Assembly (NCBI GenBank): GCA_913061435.1
Contig: CAJXUK010000015.1
Location: 324 to 64,323, forward strand
From: an uncultured Thalassolituus sp.
GTDB taxonomy: Bacteria > Pseudomonadota > Gammaproteobacteria > Pseudomonadales > Oceanobacteraceae
Length of the DNA stretch: 64,000 nucleotides
Direction of reading: 5' to 3'
A program made the translations under genes and the position numbers. Numbering within the stretch: the first letter of the stretch is position 1; every line of letters begins with the position of its first letter. This document shows positions 22,111-33,593 of this stretch, piece after piece. The notes beneath the pieces were generated by a model, which was not told the DNA's origin, did not search any database, and saw only the letters and a list, made by a program, of their open reading frames with translations.

Positions 22111-24198
22111 TTAATTTTGCTGTAGCAAAGAAATATCCGCAATCGCAATAAACAAACCTTGCAGCTGTTTTAATAATGCTAAACGATTATTTTTAACGGC
22201 TTCGTCGTCGGCCATCACCATGACATTATCAAAGAATGCATCAACTGCTGCACGCAAATCGGCAAGTGACGCTAACGCTTCTTTATATTTTGCTTCGGCT
22301 AATAAAGGCTGAACTTGAGTTTGCTTAGTCGCGACTTGCTCGGCTAAAACTTTTTCAGCTTCTTCGGTTAATAATGTTGGGTTGATTTCAGCAGAGACTG
22401 ATTCACTACCATTTTTTGCCAAGATATTTGATACACGTTTATTAGCCGCGGCTAATGCTTGTGCTTCGTCCATGCTTGAGAAAATATTAACCGCTTGTAC
22501 GCGATTGTTAATATCCAATGCGTTGGTAACACCTAATGCGCGCACAGCTTGGAACACTTCTGTGGCAATGCCTTGGTCTTTATACCAAGCGCTGAAACGG
22601 TCTAGCATGTATTCCGTTAAGGTCGCTTTGGTTTCTGCCTTAGGCGTAGTTTCCCAAACCGATTCAATACCCCAGTCGATTAACTGAGCTAAATCGATAT
22701 TGATATTTTTTTCTACCAAGATGCGTAATACACCTAATGATGCACGGCGTAAGGCGAACGGATCTTTTGAGCCGGTTGGGATTTGGCCAAGACCAAATAA
22801 ACCGACCAAGCTATCAATGCGGTCGGCTAATGCGACGCAGATACCGGCTTGCGTTACTGGCAAATCATCACCCGCGAAAGACGGCATGTATTGCTCTTGC
22901 ATCGCCGCACACACATCGGCGTGTTCGCCATCGCCTTGGGCATAATACGTTCCTGCAATACCCTGTAGGTCGGTAAATTCATAAACCATGTCGGTTAATA
23001 AATCGGCCTTACAAAGTTTAGCTGCACGCTTTGCTAATTCGCTATCGGCTTGAGTTGCTTGAGCAATTTTGTCAGCCAAAATAATTAAACGATCTGTTTT
23101 TGCTTTAAGCGTTCCGAGTTTATTAACCCAAACAACGGTGTCTAATTTTTGGTAACGGCTTTCAAGTGTGTTTTTACGATCGGTATCCCAGAAGAAAGCA
23201 GCATCGGCTAAACGCGGGCGAATAACTTTTTCGTTGCCTTCGATCACTTGTTGCGGATCTTTTGATTCAATGTTGGTGAGCGTAATAAAAATGGGTTTTA
23301 ACTGACCGTTTTTATCTTCAACGTGAAAGTACTTTTGGTGCTCTTTCATTGAAGAGATTAACGCTTCACTGGGTACGCGTAAAAAGTCTTCATCAAAGTT
23401 ACCAGCCAGCGCCGTTGGCCATTCGTTTAAGCCGGTTACTTCGTCTAATAAATCTTCATCGATATTCGCGATGCCACCAACTTCAATGCCTTTTGCGGTT
23501 ACTTGCGCGCGAATCGATTCTTTACGCTCGTTGTAATCAACAATAACAAAGGCATCTCGCATGGCTTGCTGGTATTCGCCAGCAGAAGAAATCGTAATTT
23601 CTTTATTGGCATGGAAACGGTGACCACGAGAGGTATTACCTGCGGTTAAGCCTAAGACTTCGCCATTAACAACGTCATCACCAAACAGCATGATTAACCA
23701 CTGCACTGGGCGCACAAATTCAATACGGCTAGAACCCCAACGCATACGTTTAGCGATTGGCATTTTTTCGATAGATGTTTGAATAATACCGGCTAATAAT
23801 TCCGTTGTTGCTTGGCCAGCAATACGACGAGATATTTTTAGTTTGCCGTTTTCTTCTGATAAATCTTCAACACTCGCGCCGGATTTTTTAGCAAAACCTA
23901 ACGCAGCCTTGGTTGGCTTGCCATCGTCATCAAAGGCAATGTTAGCCGGTGGGCCAAAGATAACTTCGTCACGATCTTGTTGTTTTTCAGCGAGGTTTTT
24001 AACCATAACTGCCAAACGACGTGGAGCAGCATAAGAAATAACTTGTATGTCCCCATGTTGTTCTGAAGTGCTAAGGCCGGCTTCTTTTAAACCCGCTTCA
24101 ATACCTTGAGTGAAGGCATCGGATAATTTTTTAAGCTGAGTTGGTGGTAGCTCTTCGGTGCCTAGTTCAACCAGAAAATCTTTAGTCATGGTGCTCAT
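22111..24198 (-). CDS. glyS: Glycine-tRNA ligase beta subunit
   Basis: DFLVELGTEELPP, KRMRWG, GSKDPFALRRA, NNRLALL. Confidence 0.98.
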   Translation of the reverse strand: MSTMTKDFLVELGTEELPPTQLKKLSDAFTQGIEAGLKEAGLSTSEQHGDIQVISYAAPRRLAVMVKNLAEKQQDRDEVIFGPPANIAFDDDGKPTKAALGFAKKSGASVEDLSEENGKLKISRRIAGQATTELLAGIIQTSIEKMPIAKRMRWGSSRIEFVRPVQWLIMLFGDDVVNGEVLGLTAGNTSRGHRFHANKEITISSAGEYQQAMRDAFVIVDYNERKESIRAQVTAKGIEVGGIANIDEDLLDEVTGLNEWPTALAGNFDEDFLRVPSEALISSMKEHQKYFHVEDKNGQLKPIFITLTNIESKDPQQVIEGNEKVIRPRLADAAFFWDTDRKNTLESRYQKLDTVVWVNKLGTLKAKTDRLIILADKIAQATQADSELAKRAAKLCKADLLTDMVYEFTDLQGIAGTYYAQGDGEHADVCAAMQEQYMPSFAGDDLPVTQAGICVALADRIDSLVGLFGLGQIPTGSKDPFALRRASLGVLRILVEKNINIDLAQLIDWGIESVWETTPKAETKATLTEYMLDRFSAWYKDQGIATEVFQAVRALGVTNALDINNRVQAVNIFSSMDEAQALAAANKRVSNILAKNGSESVSAEINPTLLTEEAEKVLAEQVATKQTQVQPLLAEAKYKEALASLADLRAAVDAFFDNVMVMADDEAVKNNRLALLKQLQGLFIAIADISLLQQN

Positions 24199-25235
24199 TA
24201 TTTTTTCTCCCCTGCTTTTGCATCTTTAGCGTCTTTTGCTGCTTTTTTGGCAGCCGCTTTTTCTGCTTTTAGAGCGGCTTCTTTGTCAGCGGTTGCAGCC
24301 AGTGCCAGAACTTCTTTACGAAGGTCTGCAGGCGCTAAGGGGAATTCAAGAATACGACGAGATTGGAAATACGCTTCGGCAACACTACGCGCTAAAGTAC
24401 GCACGCGTAAAATATAACCTTGGCGTTCTGTCACAGAAATCGCATGGCGTGCATCTAACATGTTAAATGCATGAGACGCTTTTAACACTTTTTCGTAAGC
24501 GGGTAATGCCAGACCCGCTTCGATTAAACGGGCACAGTCTTTTTCGTGTTGATCAAACGCTTGGAATAAGAAATCTACATCGGCGTGCTCGAAGTTGTAG
24601 GTCGACATTTCCACTTCGTTTTGGTGGAAAACATCGCCATACGTCACGGCTTTGCCATCTGGGCCATAAGTCCAAACAAGGTCGTAGATAGAGTCAACGT
24701 TTTGCAAGTACATGGCAATACGCTCAAGACCGTAGGTGATTTCACCGGTCACGGGGTAGCATTCTAGGCCACCCACTTGCTGGAAGTAGGTGAACTGAGT
24801 CACTTCCATACCGTTTAACCACACTTCCCAACCTAGGCCCCAAGCACCTAATGTCGGTGATTCCCAGTTATCTTCTACGAAACGAACATCGTGAACTAGG
24901 GTGTCGATACCGATCATTTTAAGAGATTCTAAGTACTTCTCTTGAATGTCGAGTGGCGATGGTTTCATGACTACCTGAAATTGGTAGTAGTGTTGTAAGC
25001 GGTTTGGGTTTTCACCGTAGCGGCCATCAGTAGGACGACGACAAGGCTGTACATAAGCGGCGTTCCAAGATTCAGGGCCGATTGCACGTAAGAAAGTCGA
25101 GGTGTGGAAAGTACCGGCCCCTACTTCTAAATCAATAGGTTGGTTAATAACACAGCCCTGTTCGGACCAGAATTCTTGCAAGGCGGCAATTAGGCCTTGA
25201 AAGGTTTTAACGTTATGGCGGCTTTGTTCAGACAC
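24198..25235 (-). CDS. glyQ: Glycine-tRNA ligase alpha subunit
   Basis: [43 protein letters not shown]. Confidence 0.98.
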   Translation of the reverse strand: MSEQSRHNVKTFQGLIAALQEFWSEQGCVINQPIDLEVGAGTFHTSTFLRAIGPESWNAAYVQPCRRPTDGRYGENPNRLQHYYQFQVVMKPSPLDIQEKYLESLKMIGIDTLVHDVRFVEDNWESPTLGAWGLGWEVWLNGMEVTQFTYFQQVGGLECYPVTGEITYGLERIAMYLQNVDSIYDLVWTYGPDGKAVTYGDVFHQNEVEMSTYNFEHADVDFLFQAFDQHEKDCARLIEAGLALPAYEKVLKASHAFNMLDARHAISVTERQGYILRVRTLARSVAEAYFQSRRILEFPLAPADLRKEVLALAATADKEAALKAEKAAAKKAAKDAKDAKAGEKK

Positions 25236-25280
25236 TGCTCGACCTTCTATGTTGAATTTTGGGAAATACGAAAGGCTAGG

Positions 25281-25289
25281 ATTATAGCA
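25281..25289 (-). promoter_or_regulatory. Extended -10 promoter element for glyQS
   Basis: TGCTATAAT on the minus strand, about 45 bp upstream of glyQ. Confidence 0.55.
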
Positions 25290-25314
25290 GTGCTATGCGC
25301 AGACGGCACTAGCT

Positions 25315-25962
25315 TTAAGGCAAAAACAAACGGGCTACTGCACCGGTATTATTGTTACTAAGGCTTAATTTACCTTGTTTGTTTGCACCAAGGTGAGCTT
25401 TACAGATCATTTTAACAAAATGCAGCCCTAGTCCGGTTCCTGCCGCTTTTGTAGTGGAGATTGAACCGTCTAAAATGGCTTTATTAAAACCTGGGCCGTT
25501 ATCTTCAATTATAAAGGTAAGGCTGTCGTCGTCATGTTCTTCGCAGTTAAGGCTTATTTGTGTTGCGCCGGCTTGAACGCTGTTGGTTATAAGAGTAACC
25601 AGAGCTAATTGCGCCAGTTGATCGTTATAAAAACCTTGGCTGTCATTGTCTATTTTGTTGTTAATAATAATACTCGGAAACTGCAGCAAGCAAGATTCGA
25701 TAGCTTGATTAGCGGTGTCATGAGGCCAGGCATCATCGCGATTAATTTGCTGGGTATTTTCCAATCGATACAAGCTTACTAAGCGCAATGTATCTTCTTT
25801 GATTTTATTGGTGTGGCTTATCATCGGAGCCAGCTTAAGCTGATATTCTTTTGGTAAATCAACAACCAGCATTTCTTGTTGTTCGGTTAGCGCTTGCAGT
25901 TGATTTTTAAGATCGTGAGCGTAAGCAGCAACTAATAATTCAAATTTATAATCTGTGTTCAT
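25315..25962 (-). CDS. Sensor-less histidine kinase (HisKA-like plus HATPase)
   Basis: H-box AHDLKN, N-box LITNSVQAG, G1 EDNGPGF, G2 GTGLGL. No TM or input domain. Confidence 0.85.
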   Translation of the reverse strand: MNTDYKFELLVAAYAHDLKNQLQALTEQQEMLVVDLPKEYQLKLAPMISHTNKIKEDTLRLVSLYRLENTQQINRDDAWPHDTANQAIESCLLQFPSIIINNKIDNDSQGFYNDQLAQLALVTLITNSVQAGATQISLNCEEHDDDSLTFIIEDNGPGFNKAILDGSISTTKAAGTGLGLHFVKMICKAHLGANKQGKLSLSNNNTGAVARLFLP

Positions 25963-27586
25963 TTTGCTATCGCTCTACCAAGGCGGTCATAAGTTTTACG
26001 CAAGCGAGCATAACGAGCAAAACGTTCATCATTTTTATCGATCTCACCGATACGTATTAATAATGCTCTGCATTCTTTAAGCATGTCTTTATTGGGTTTT
26101 ACTTTTTCCATAAATGCAATTTTAGCCTGAATAGAATTAAGCATTGCGCTGGTAGTGGCAAATTCATATTGAGTTGCCTGATCAAATGCATCGATGGCAG
26201 CTTCTAAATTACCTTGCTGAAAATGATCAACGCCTTCGTCGTTTAATTGCGAACTGTGGCGTCTGAGTGCTTCTCCATTAAGAGCATGATCAAGATCATT
26301 CAATTTACTGCTCTGTTCTGCCGATAAAGAAATGGTTTTTAAGGCATCAATCATTTGTTGTGCTTTAACCGATTGTTCAGTATCGATATAGGCTTCAACA
26401 ATTTGTAATTGATACTCTATTTCTGGATTTTCTAAGCGGGCATAAACTAATTCGGCATCGGATAAACAGCGACGCGCCTCTTTAACATTATCCATATTGG
26501 TGTGAGTTTTTGATTCCAACATGGAAGCAAAAAATAGTGAATCATTGTCTACTGGATAATCTTGTTTTAATTCGTCCATTGCACGAAGAATTTCACTGGC
26601 TTTATTTTGGGTCGTTCGATCGCCAGGATTTTTTAACAGCACTTGAGCAGAGCGTGCAAATTGTAAATAGTTTTTGACCGACTTATGGCAAGAATATCGG
26701 CCCAGACGAATCGCATTTTTAAATGCATTTTCGGCAACGACTAGGTCGCCATTTTGATAGGCAATACGGCCCAGTTCCATTTGTCTTAAAACCGCTTTGG
26801 GAGATATCGCAATGGCTTTTTCGAGGGCTGTTTGTGCTTCTTCTGAACGCCCTAAAGACAGTAATATTTTTGCTATCCAGTCGTAGCATTGAACATACAA
26901 GGGATGATCAACTAATGTTGAATTCAATATCTCTAAGGCTTTTTCTGGATCACCAAGTTTATATATGCAAATAGCTTGGCCTAATTTTGCCCAAGAAACC
27001 GAACGGTCTATGACCAATTGTGAATAGATATTTAAGGCTTGCTCAAAGTTTTTTTGCTTGAGTAATAATTGCCCTAGCATACGGGAAGCAGGTAAGCGTA
27101 ACCGCTTGTTTTCTTTTAATACCTGCAGGCACAGCTTGATTGCAAGGTTGTAATCTTTTGCATCAATGGCTTCGTTGGCAGGTCGTAATTTTTCTTTTAC
27201 GGTGATGATACGAATCAAGCGCTCTTTGAGCATGTTTAAGGTGTAGGGCTTGGTGATATATCCGTCTGGGTCATATTCTAAAGCCCCCATTACCATATCC
27301 ATTGCATTTTCGCCGGTAATAACGATAAACAAAGAGGTTGCAGGTAAACGGTTAGTAAAGCGAGCTTCTTCCAATACTTGTTGGCCATCTTTGGCGCGCC
27401 CAAGGTTGTAATCGGATAGAACAATATCGTAATCGTGACGATGAATTAAGTTCATCGCTTCGATACCGTCGGTGGCAGAATCTATTTTATCGCCACCAAG
27501 AATACTGGCCATTTTTTTAATGAGCTGCGTGCTTCAACAAGATCGTCGACAATTAAAATTCGTTTTCCCGCTAATGCGTGTTCCAA
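25959..27586 (-). CDS. Receiver-domain plus TPR-repeat response regulator, split by a frameshift at an A7 run (27512-27518)
   Basis: Track ORF 25959-27512 has DIVLSDYNLG, IVITGE, GYITKP and TPR-like helices. The missing REC beta1 (KRILIVDDLVEARSSLKK) lies in a different frame, 27586-27512. Confidence 0.85.
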
Positions 27587-27661
27587 GTTGATTATAATCT
27601 GATGGTGCTTCCTTCGCTCAAAATATAGTGTGCACGCTGAGGCGGTATTCGTTGTTGATGA

Positions 27662-29110
27662 TTAGCTGCGCCAAAAAGCTGGGCTGATCAACACTAAAAA
27701 AGTAAAAATCTCTAATCGGCCTAATAGCATTGTGATCGACAAAATCCATTTAGCAACATCGCTAATATCACCATAATGAGCTGCGACATCGCCTAAACCT
27801 GGGCCCAGGTTATTTAAGCAAGCACCAACCGCAGAGAAGGCTGTTACATGATCTAATCCAGTTGCTAACAGCGCCACCATCATTACCATGTAAGTCAGTA
27901 CATAAACCGAGAAAAACCCCCAAACCGATTCTAAAACGCGATCGTTAACCGAACGTTTATTGATTTTTACTGGGATAATCGCATTTGGATGGATTAAACG
28001 ATGGATTTCACGAATACCCTGCTTATAAATTAATAGAACACGAATTACTTTAATGCCACCGCCTGTAGAACCGGCACAACCCCCTATAAAGGCCATCATA
28101 AATAATAATACCGGCAAAAAGACCGGCCACTCAGCGAAGCCGGATGTTCCAAAACCGGTAGTAGTAGCAACAGATACTAGTTGAAATAAACCATTACGTA
28201 CCGATTCTGTTAAAGAATACGTACCGGTTAACCACAGTGCTGATATGGTTAACAGAGCCCCACCAAACATAATGTAGAGTAAAAATTTAAACTCCGAATC
28301 GACAAAGTAATGAACGATGGATTTATTCTTCCAAGCAAAAAAATGAAGACCAAAGTTTAAGACCGAAATCAGCATAAAAATGATGGCGATGGCTTCAATC
28401 GCTGGGCTATCAAAGTGGCCTAAAGAGGCATCGTAAGTTGAAAATCCACCAATAGCGACAGTGGCAAAACTGTGGCCAATAGCATCGAATACCGACATAC
28501 CGGCAAACCAATAAGCAAGGGCGCAGGCGATCGTGATGGATAAATAAATGTACCAAAGAGCCTTGGCTGTTTCGGTGATTCTGGGGGTTAATTTTGAATC
28601 TTTTACCGGCCCAGGAATTTCGGTACGAAATAACTGCATTCCTCCAATGCCAAGCATTGGTAGTACCGCGACTGCTAATACAATAATACCCATGCCGCCC
28701 AACCATTGTAGTTGTTGGCGATACCATAAAATTGATTTTGGCAGATCGTCTAGGCCGGTAATAACCGTAGCACCTGTGGTTGTCCAGCCAGATAAGGATT
28801 CAAAAAAAGCATCGGTGTAAGAAAGCTCTGGCTGGTCGGCTATATATAAGGGAACGCTACCGGAAAATGCTAGTACCAGCCAGAATAGTACGGTGATAAC
28901 AAAACCGTCACGGGTTTTAAGGTCTTGCTTATGGTTGCGAACCGGTAACCAAACTAAAAACCCGATTCCAAAAGTAATAAATAGCGCATATATAAACGCA
29001 TTTAAAGTGCCATCTTGATAAATGATGGAGACAAGCATGGGTGGCACTAAAGTGAAGCTGAAAATCATCATCAGCAAACCCAGTACGCGGGCAATAACAG
29101 AAAACTGCAT
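27662..29110 (-). CDS. trkH: Trk potassium uptake membrane subunit
   Basis: FESLSGWTTTGAT, QWLGGMGII, GGCAGSTGGGIK, MLLGRLEI. Confidence 0.96.
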   Translation of the reverse strand: MQFSVIARVLGLLMMIFSFTLVPPMLVSIIYQDGTLNAFIYALFITFGIGFLVWLPVRNHKQDLKTRDGFVITVLFWLVLAFSGSVPLYIADQPELSYTDAFFESLSGWTTTGATVITGLDDLPKSILWYRQQLQWLGGMGIIVLAVAVLPMLGIGGMQLFRTEIPGPVKDSKLTPRITETAKALWYIYLSITIACALAYWFAGMSVFDAIGHSFATVAIGGFSTYDASLGHFDSPAIEAIAIIFMLISVLNFGLHFFAWKNKSIVHYFVDSEFKFLLYIMFGGALLTISALWLTGTYSLTESVRNGLFQLVSVATTTGFGTSGFAEWPVFLPVLLFMMAFIGGCAGSTGGGIKVIRVLLIYKQGIREIHRLIHPNAIIPVKINKRSVNDRVLESVWGFFSVYVLTYMVMMVALLATGLDHVTAFSAVGACLNNLGPGLGDVAAHYGDISDVAKWILSITMLLGRLEIFTFLVLISPAFWRS

Positions 29111-29136
29111 TGTTAAAAATCCTTACTAAGGCTGGG

Positions 29137-30510
29137 TTAAAAAAAGCCTAATCCTACTTGGAATAGTCTTTCGACCTCGGGAATGCGACGTTTATCAACT
29201 ACGAACAGAATAACGTGATCATCTGACTCAACCACAATCTCATCGTGGGCGATAATAACCTGCTCGTCACGAACAATAGCGCCAATGGTTGTGCCTTTGG
29301 GAAGATCGATGTCAGCAATGGCTCGGCCTACGACTTTTGAAGTTAGTTTGTCACCGTGAGCAATGGCTTCAATTGCTTCTGCTGCGCCTCTGCGAAGTGA
29401 GTGAACGTTCACTACATCCCCGCGCCTTACGTGTGTTAGTAGGCTACCAATAGTGGTTTGCTGGGGAGAAATCGCAATATCAATCACCCCACCTTGAACA
29501 AGATCAACGTAGGCAGCTTTATTAATTAAGGTCATAACCTTGCGCGCCCCAAGACGTTTAGCCAACATAGATGAAATAATGTTGGACTCGTCGTCGTTAG
29601 TTACCGCGCAGAATACATCGATATTTTCAATATTTTCTTCTTCTAATAACGCTTTGTCAGAAGCACTGCCAATTAAGACAACGGTTTTTGATAGGTTTTC
29701 ACTTAAAAATGTCGCACGTTTGTTATTGTGCTCAATTAATTTAATACGATATTTACTTTCTAAAGCCTTGGCTAAGCGGTAGCCAATATTACCACCACCG
29801 GCAATCATGATGCGTTTGTAAGAGCCTTCTTCACGCCGTAATTCGCTCATTACTTTTTTGATGTGGTTTTTTGCGGCAATGAAGAAAACTTCGTCATCAA
29901 CCTCAATTATAGTATCGGCGGTTGGCAAAATAGCTTGTCCACGTCGATAAATAGCGGCAACCTTGGTATCTGCCGATGGCATATGCTCTTTTAATTTTCT
30001 CAGTTCTTGGCCAACTAATAAGCCACCGTGGTGAGCACGAACTGCTACTAGCTGAACTTTTTCGTCGGCAAAATCGAGCACCTGCAACGTACCTGGGTAC
30101 TCCAGCAAGCGTTTTATGTAGTTAGTAACCACTTGCTCTGGTGAAATTAAAACATCGATTGGAAAAGCGTCGGACTTAAATAAATCTTTTTGTTTAAGGT
30201 AGGCATTAGAACGAATACGACTGATTTTGGTCGGGGTTCGGAACAAGGTATAGGCTACCTGACAAGCCACCATATTCGTTTCGTCAGAATTAGTTACCGC
30301 AATAAGCATGTCAGCGTCATCGGCGCCAGCTGCTTGCAGTACTCTGGGGTAAGAGCCTACACCGGTGATGGTTTTAATATCGATGGTATCTTGCAGTTCA
30401 CGCAGCCGCTGTGAATCGGTATCAATAACGGTAATATCGTTTTGTTCACTGGCGAGGTTTTCTGCCAAGGTGCCACCGACCTGGCCCGCACCTAAAATAA
30501 TGATCTTCAA
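29137..30510 (-). CDS. trkA: Trk potassium uptake NAD-binding subunit
   Basis: [12 protein letters not shown], two RCK domains, [12 protein letters not shown]. Confidence 0.97.
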   Translation of the reverse strand: MKIIILGAGQVGGTLAENLASEQNDITVIDTDSQRLRELQDTIDIKTITGVGSYPRVLQAAGADDADMLIAVTNSDETNMVACQVAYTLFRTPTKISRIRSNAYLKQKDLFKSDAFPIDVLISPEQVVTNYIKRLLEYPGTLQVLDFADEKVQLVAVRAHHGGLLVGQELRKLKEHMPSADTKVAAIYRRGQAILPTADTIIEVDDEVFFIAAKNHIKKVMSELRREEGSYKRIMIAGGGNIGYRLAKALESKYRIKLIEHNNKRATFLSENLSKTVVLIGSASDKALLEEENIENIDVFCAVTNDDESNIISSMLAKRLGARKVMTLINKAAYVDLVQGGVIDIAISPQQTTIGSLLTHVRRGDVVNVHSLRRGAAEAIEAIAHGDKLTSKVVGRAIADIDLPKGTTIGAIVRDEQVIIAHDEIVVESDDHVILFVVDKRRIPEVERLFQVGLGFF

Positions 30511-30536
30511 AGCTGTGGTCCTTGTCGCATAACCAT

Positions 30537-31895
30537 CTAATTGTGAGTCTTTTCTAAAACTGCGTAATAAAAGCCATCATGGCCTTGCTCGACGCTGCTG
30601 TCCAATTCCTTGCTGAGTTGAGGAAATAATTGTCGACCTTGGCCACTATTTATACCCCAATTTTCATTTTGCAGACTGTGCACATGGATGTCTTGATGTG
30701 CATCATTTTGTAATTGAATAAAGGTATCAATCACTGCTGCATTTTCCATCGGCATAATAGAGCATGTTGCATAAACAAGACGGCCACCGGGTTTTAAGGT
30801 TTTCCACAATGTTGTTAATAAGCCTAGCTGGACTTCGGCTAATTGCTCAATATCTTCTTTGCGACGAAGTAATTTAATATCCGGGTGACGGCGAATAACA
30901 CCAATGGCAGCGCAAGGTGCATCTAACAAGATACGATCAAATAGCTTCCCGTCCCACCAAGCGTCTAAGTCGTTCGCATCGCAGGCAACGGTTTTAGCCT
31001 TTAACTTTAAGCGCTGTAGATTTTCTGTGACCCGCGCCAAGCGCTTTTCTTCTAAATCGATAGCCGTTACTGATAAATCCACTGCACTCTCAAGAATATG
31101 GCAGGTTTTGCCTCCCGGTGCAGCGCAGGCATCTAAGATATGTTCCCCTGCTTGAGGTGCTAATAATTCTGCCGCAAGCTGAGCGGCTTCATCTTGTACG
31201 CTGCACCAACCGTCTTCAAAGCCCGGTAATTCAAATACATTTATCGCATGATCAAGATAAATGCTGTGCTGGGCAAACTTACCTGCACTCGCTGCTATGC
31301 CTGCTTGTTCTAATAATGCTAAATATTGCTCACGACTGTGATGAAGCTGATTCACACGAATGCAAAACGGAGGGTGTTGGTTGTTTGCCGCCATAATATC
31401 TAGGTAGTTATCTGGCCATGCTTTTTTGAGTGCTTTTACTAACCATTTGGGATGGCTATGAAGAGTCACCGGATTATCTCCTAATGACATAATTAGTTCT
31501 TCTTGTTCGCGTTCGTAGCGGCGCAAACAGGCATTGATAACCCCTTTGCAATAGGGTTTATCAAGACTTACAGCGGCTTGCACGGTTTCAAAAATGGCTG
31601 CGTGTGCGGCTTTTTGCTGAATATTAAGTTGATACAAGCCAATGATTAGTAACTGGTGTAGGTCTTCATCATCTTCGTGAAAGGGCTTTTGCAGCAGCAT
31701 TTTAGCCAAGGCATTTAAGCGGAAATACCAGCGACAGCTGCCGTAACAAAGTTCACGTAAGAAAGGTACGTCATCAAGGCCTATTTTTTCTTCAGCTGCT
31801 GGTAAGCACTGAGCAAGCGATTGGCCATGCTGCACTTGAGTTAATACCCGAGCAGCAATGGCGCGGATATTTTTTGAAACGATTGGATCAGACAT
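30537..31895 (-). CDS. rsmB: 16S rRNA m5C967 methyltransferase RsmB
   Basis: [36 protein letters not shown]. Confidence 0.96.
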   Translation of the reverse strand: MSDPIVSKNIRAIAARVLTQVQHGQSLAQCLPAAEEKIGLDDVPFLRELCYGSCRWYFRLNALAKMLLQKPFHEDDEDLHQLLIIGLYQLNIQQKAAHAAIFETVQAAVSLDKPYCKGVINACLRRYEREQEELIMSLGDNPVTLHSHPKWLVKALKKAWPDNYLDIMAANNQHPPFCIRVNQLHHSREQYLALLEQAGIAASAGKFAQHSIYLDHAINVFELPGFEDGWCSVQDEAAQLAAELLAPQAGEHILDACAAPGGKTCHILESAVDLSVTAIDLEEKRLARVTENLQRLKLKAKTVACDANDLDAWWDGKLFDRILLDAPCAAIGVIRRHPDIKLLRRKEDIEQLAEVQLGLLTTLWKTLKPGGRLVYATCSIMPMENAAVIDTFIQLQNDAHQDIHVHSLQNENWGINSGQGRQLFPQLSKELDSSVEQGHDGFYYAVLEKTHN

Positions 31896-31901
31896 TTTTG
31901 A

Positions 31902-32855
31902 TTAGGCCTGGCTAGCAAACATGTGCTGTGGCTGAAATAAATTGGGCTGACCATTAATAATGTCGCGGATAGCCATCGGTTTTTTACCAATCAGTTGTAC
32001 GTTAGTTAAGCGCAGCAAGCCTGATTGAGTGGCGACATCAATGCCATCGTTACTGACCTTGGCAATGGTTCCGGGTAATAAAATCGTTGATTTATGCAGC
32101 ACTTCGGCTTGCCAAACTTTAATACGTTGATCGCCGAGCAAGGCATAAGCACCTGGAAATGGGTTAAATGCACGAATATTTAAATCGATTTGCGTGGCAG
32201 GCAATGACCAGTTGATAAGAGCTTCTTCTTTGCTTAGCTTATGCGCATAATTGGCTAACGAATCGTCTTGTTTTTCTGCTACTGCTTCGCCTGCTTGTAA
32301 TAAAGTAAGTGTTTGCAGCAAGGCAGTTGGCCCTTTTTCTAATAAACGGTCATGCAGGCTGGCACCGGTTTCATGGGGGCCAATATCAATTAATGTCTTG
32401 CTGAGCATGTCGCCAGTATCTAAGCCAGCATCCATTTGCATTATGGTAATGCCAGTTTCTGTATCACCCGCTTGTATTGCACGCTGAATAGGAGCTGCAC
32501 CACGCCAGCGGGGTAAAACAGACGCATGTACATTCAAACAACCCATTGTAGGTGTTTCTAATACGGCTGTTGGTAACAATAAGCCATAAGCGACCACGAT
32601 CATAATGTCGGCATTGAGAGCTTTTAATTGATCGATGGCATCGTCTTGTTTGAAATTTAATGGCTGAAATACCGGAATGTCGTGTTCTAGTGCCAGTTTT
32701 TTTACTGGGCTTGGCTGTAGTTTTTTCCCACGACCTGCAGGTCGATCTGGCTGGCTGTATACCGCAATTACATTATGACGGCTGTCGATTAGTGCTTGCA
32801 GGTGACCAGCAGCAAAATCCGGCGTACCGGCAAAAATAATATTCAGAGCGTCCAT
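31902..32855 (-). CDS. fmt: Methionyl-tRNA formyltransferase
   Basis: [34 protein letters not shown]. Confidence 0.98.
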   Translation of the reverse strand: MDALNIIFAGTPDFAAGHLQALIDSRHNVIAVYSQPDRPAGRGKKLQPSPVKKLALEHDIPVFQPLNFKQDDAIDQLKALNADIMIVVAYGLLLPTAVLETPTMGCLNVHASVLPRWRGAAPIQRAIQAGDTETGITIMQMDAGLDTGDMLSKTLIDIGPHETGASLHDRLLEKGPTALLQTLTLLQAGEAVAEKQDDSLANYAHKLSKEEALINWSLPATQIDLNIRAFNPFPGAYALLGDQRIKVWQAEVLHKSTILLPGTIAKVSNDGIDVATQSGLLRLTNVQLIGKKPMAIRDIINGQPNLFQPQHMFASQA

Positions 32856-32926
32856 AGTTTCTCTTTCAGTAATTTAGCCGGTTAAGCAATTAACCGGCTA
32901 TATACATGTTTAACGACAGTATAGGG

Positions 32927-33448
32927 TTAGCGGCGCTTGCTGCGCGCTTCTAACTTATGCTGTTTCTCTAATTTTGATTTAATTCGGTTACGTTTGAGCG
33001 GAGACAAATAATCCACCATGAGCTTGCCTTCTAGGTGATCAAGCTCGTGCTGAATGCACACCGCTAATAAACCGCGGGCTTCAAGCTCAAAGGGCTTGCC
33101 GTCTCGATCCAGCGCTTTTACTAAACAATGCTCAATACGAGTCACGTCTTCATAAAAACCAGGAACCGACAAGCAACCTTCTTGCATGCTTTCTAACTCA
33201 CCGTCTAAAACCGTGACCTCTGGGTTAATAAACACCCTAGGTTCTGATTTATCTTCCGATAAATCCATGGTGACAATGCGCAAATGAACGTCGACTTGGC
33301 TGGCGGCTAAACCAATACCAGGGGCTTCGTACATGGTTTCGAACATGTCATCGATAATTTTTCGAATTTTATCCGTGACTTCTGTTACGGGTTTTGCAAT
33401 GGTACGCAGACGTTTATCTGGGTACTCTAGTATCTCTAATATGGCCAT
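32927..33448 (-). CDS. def: Peptide deformylase
   Basis: [20 protein letters not shown]. Confidence 0.98.
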   Translation of the reverse strand: MAILEILEYPDKRLRTIAKPVTEVTDKIRKIIDDMFETMYEAPGIGLAASQVDVHLRIVTMDLSEDKSEPRVFINPEVTVLDGELESMQEGCLSVPGFYEDVTRIEHCLVKALDRDGKPFELEARGLLAVCIQHELDHLEGKLMVDYLSPLKRNRIKSKLEKQHKLEARSKRR

Positions 33449-33593
33449 AGATGTGATGCACTTATAGAACTATTTGGGCTTAACTTGCTACTATGTCATA
33501 GTTAACGTTATTTTTAAGTAAAATAACGTCTTTAATAATAACAAGGCAAACAAAGACTGTTGGCTGATATGCCAATGATAAAGGGATTATAGG

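Noticed and set aside
23282-23300. Possible degenerate parS near 23288-23300 (TCAACGTGAAA) in glyS
   Set aside because: Too many mismatches to the 16-bp palindrome.
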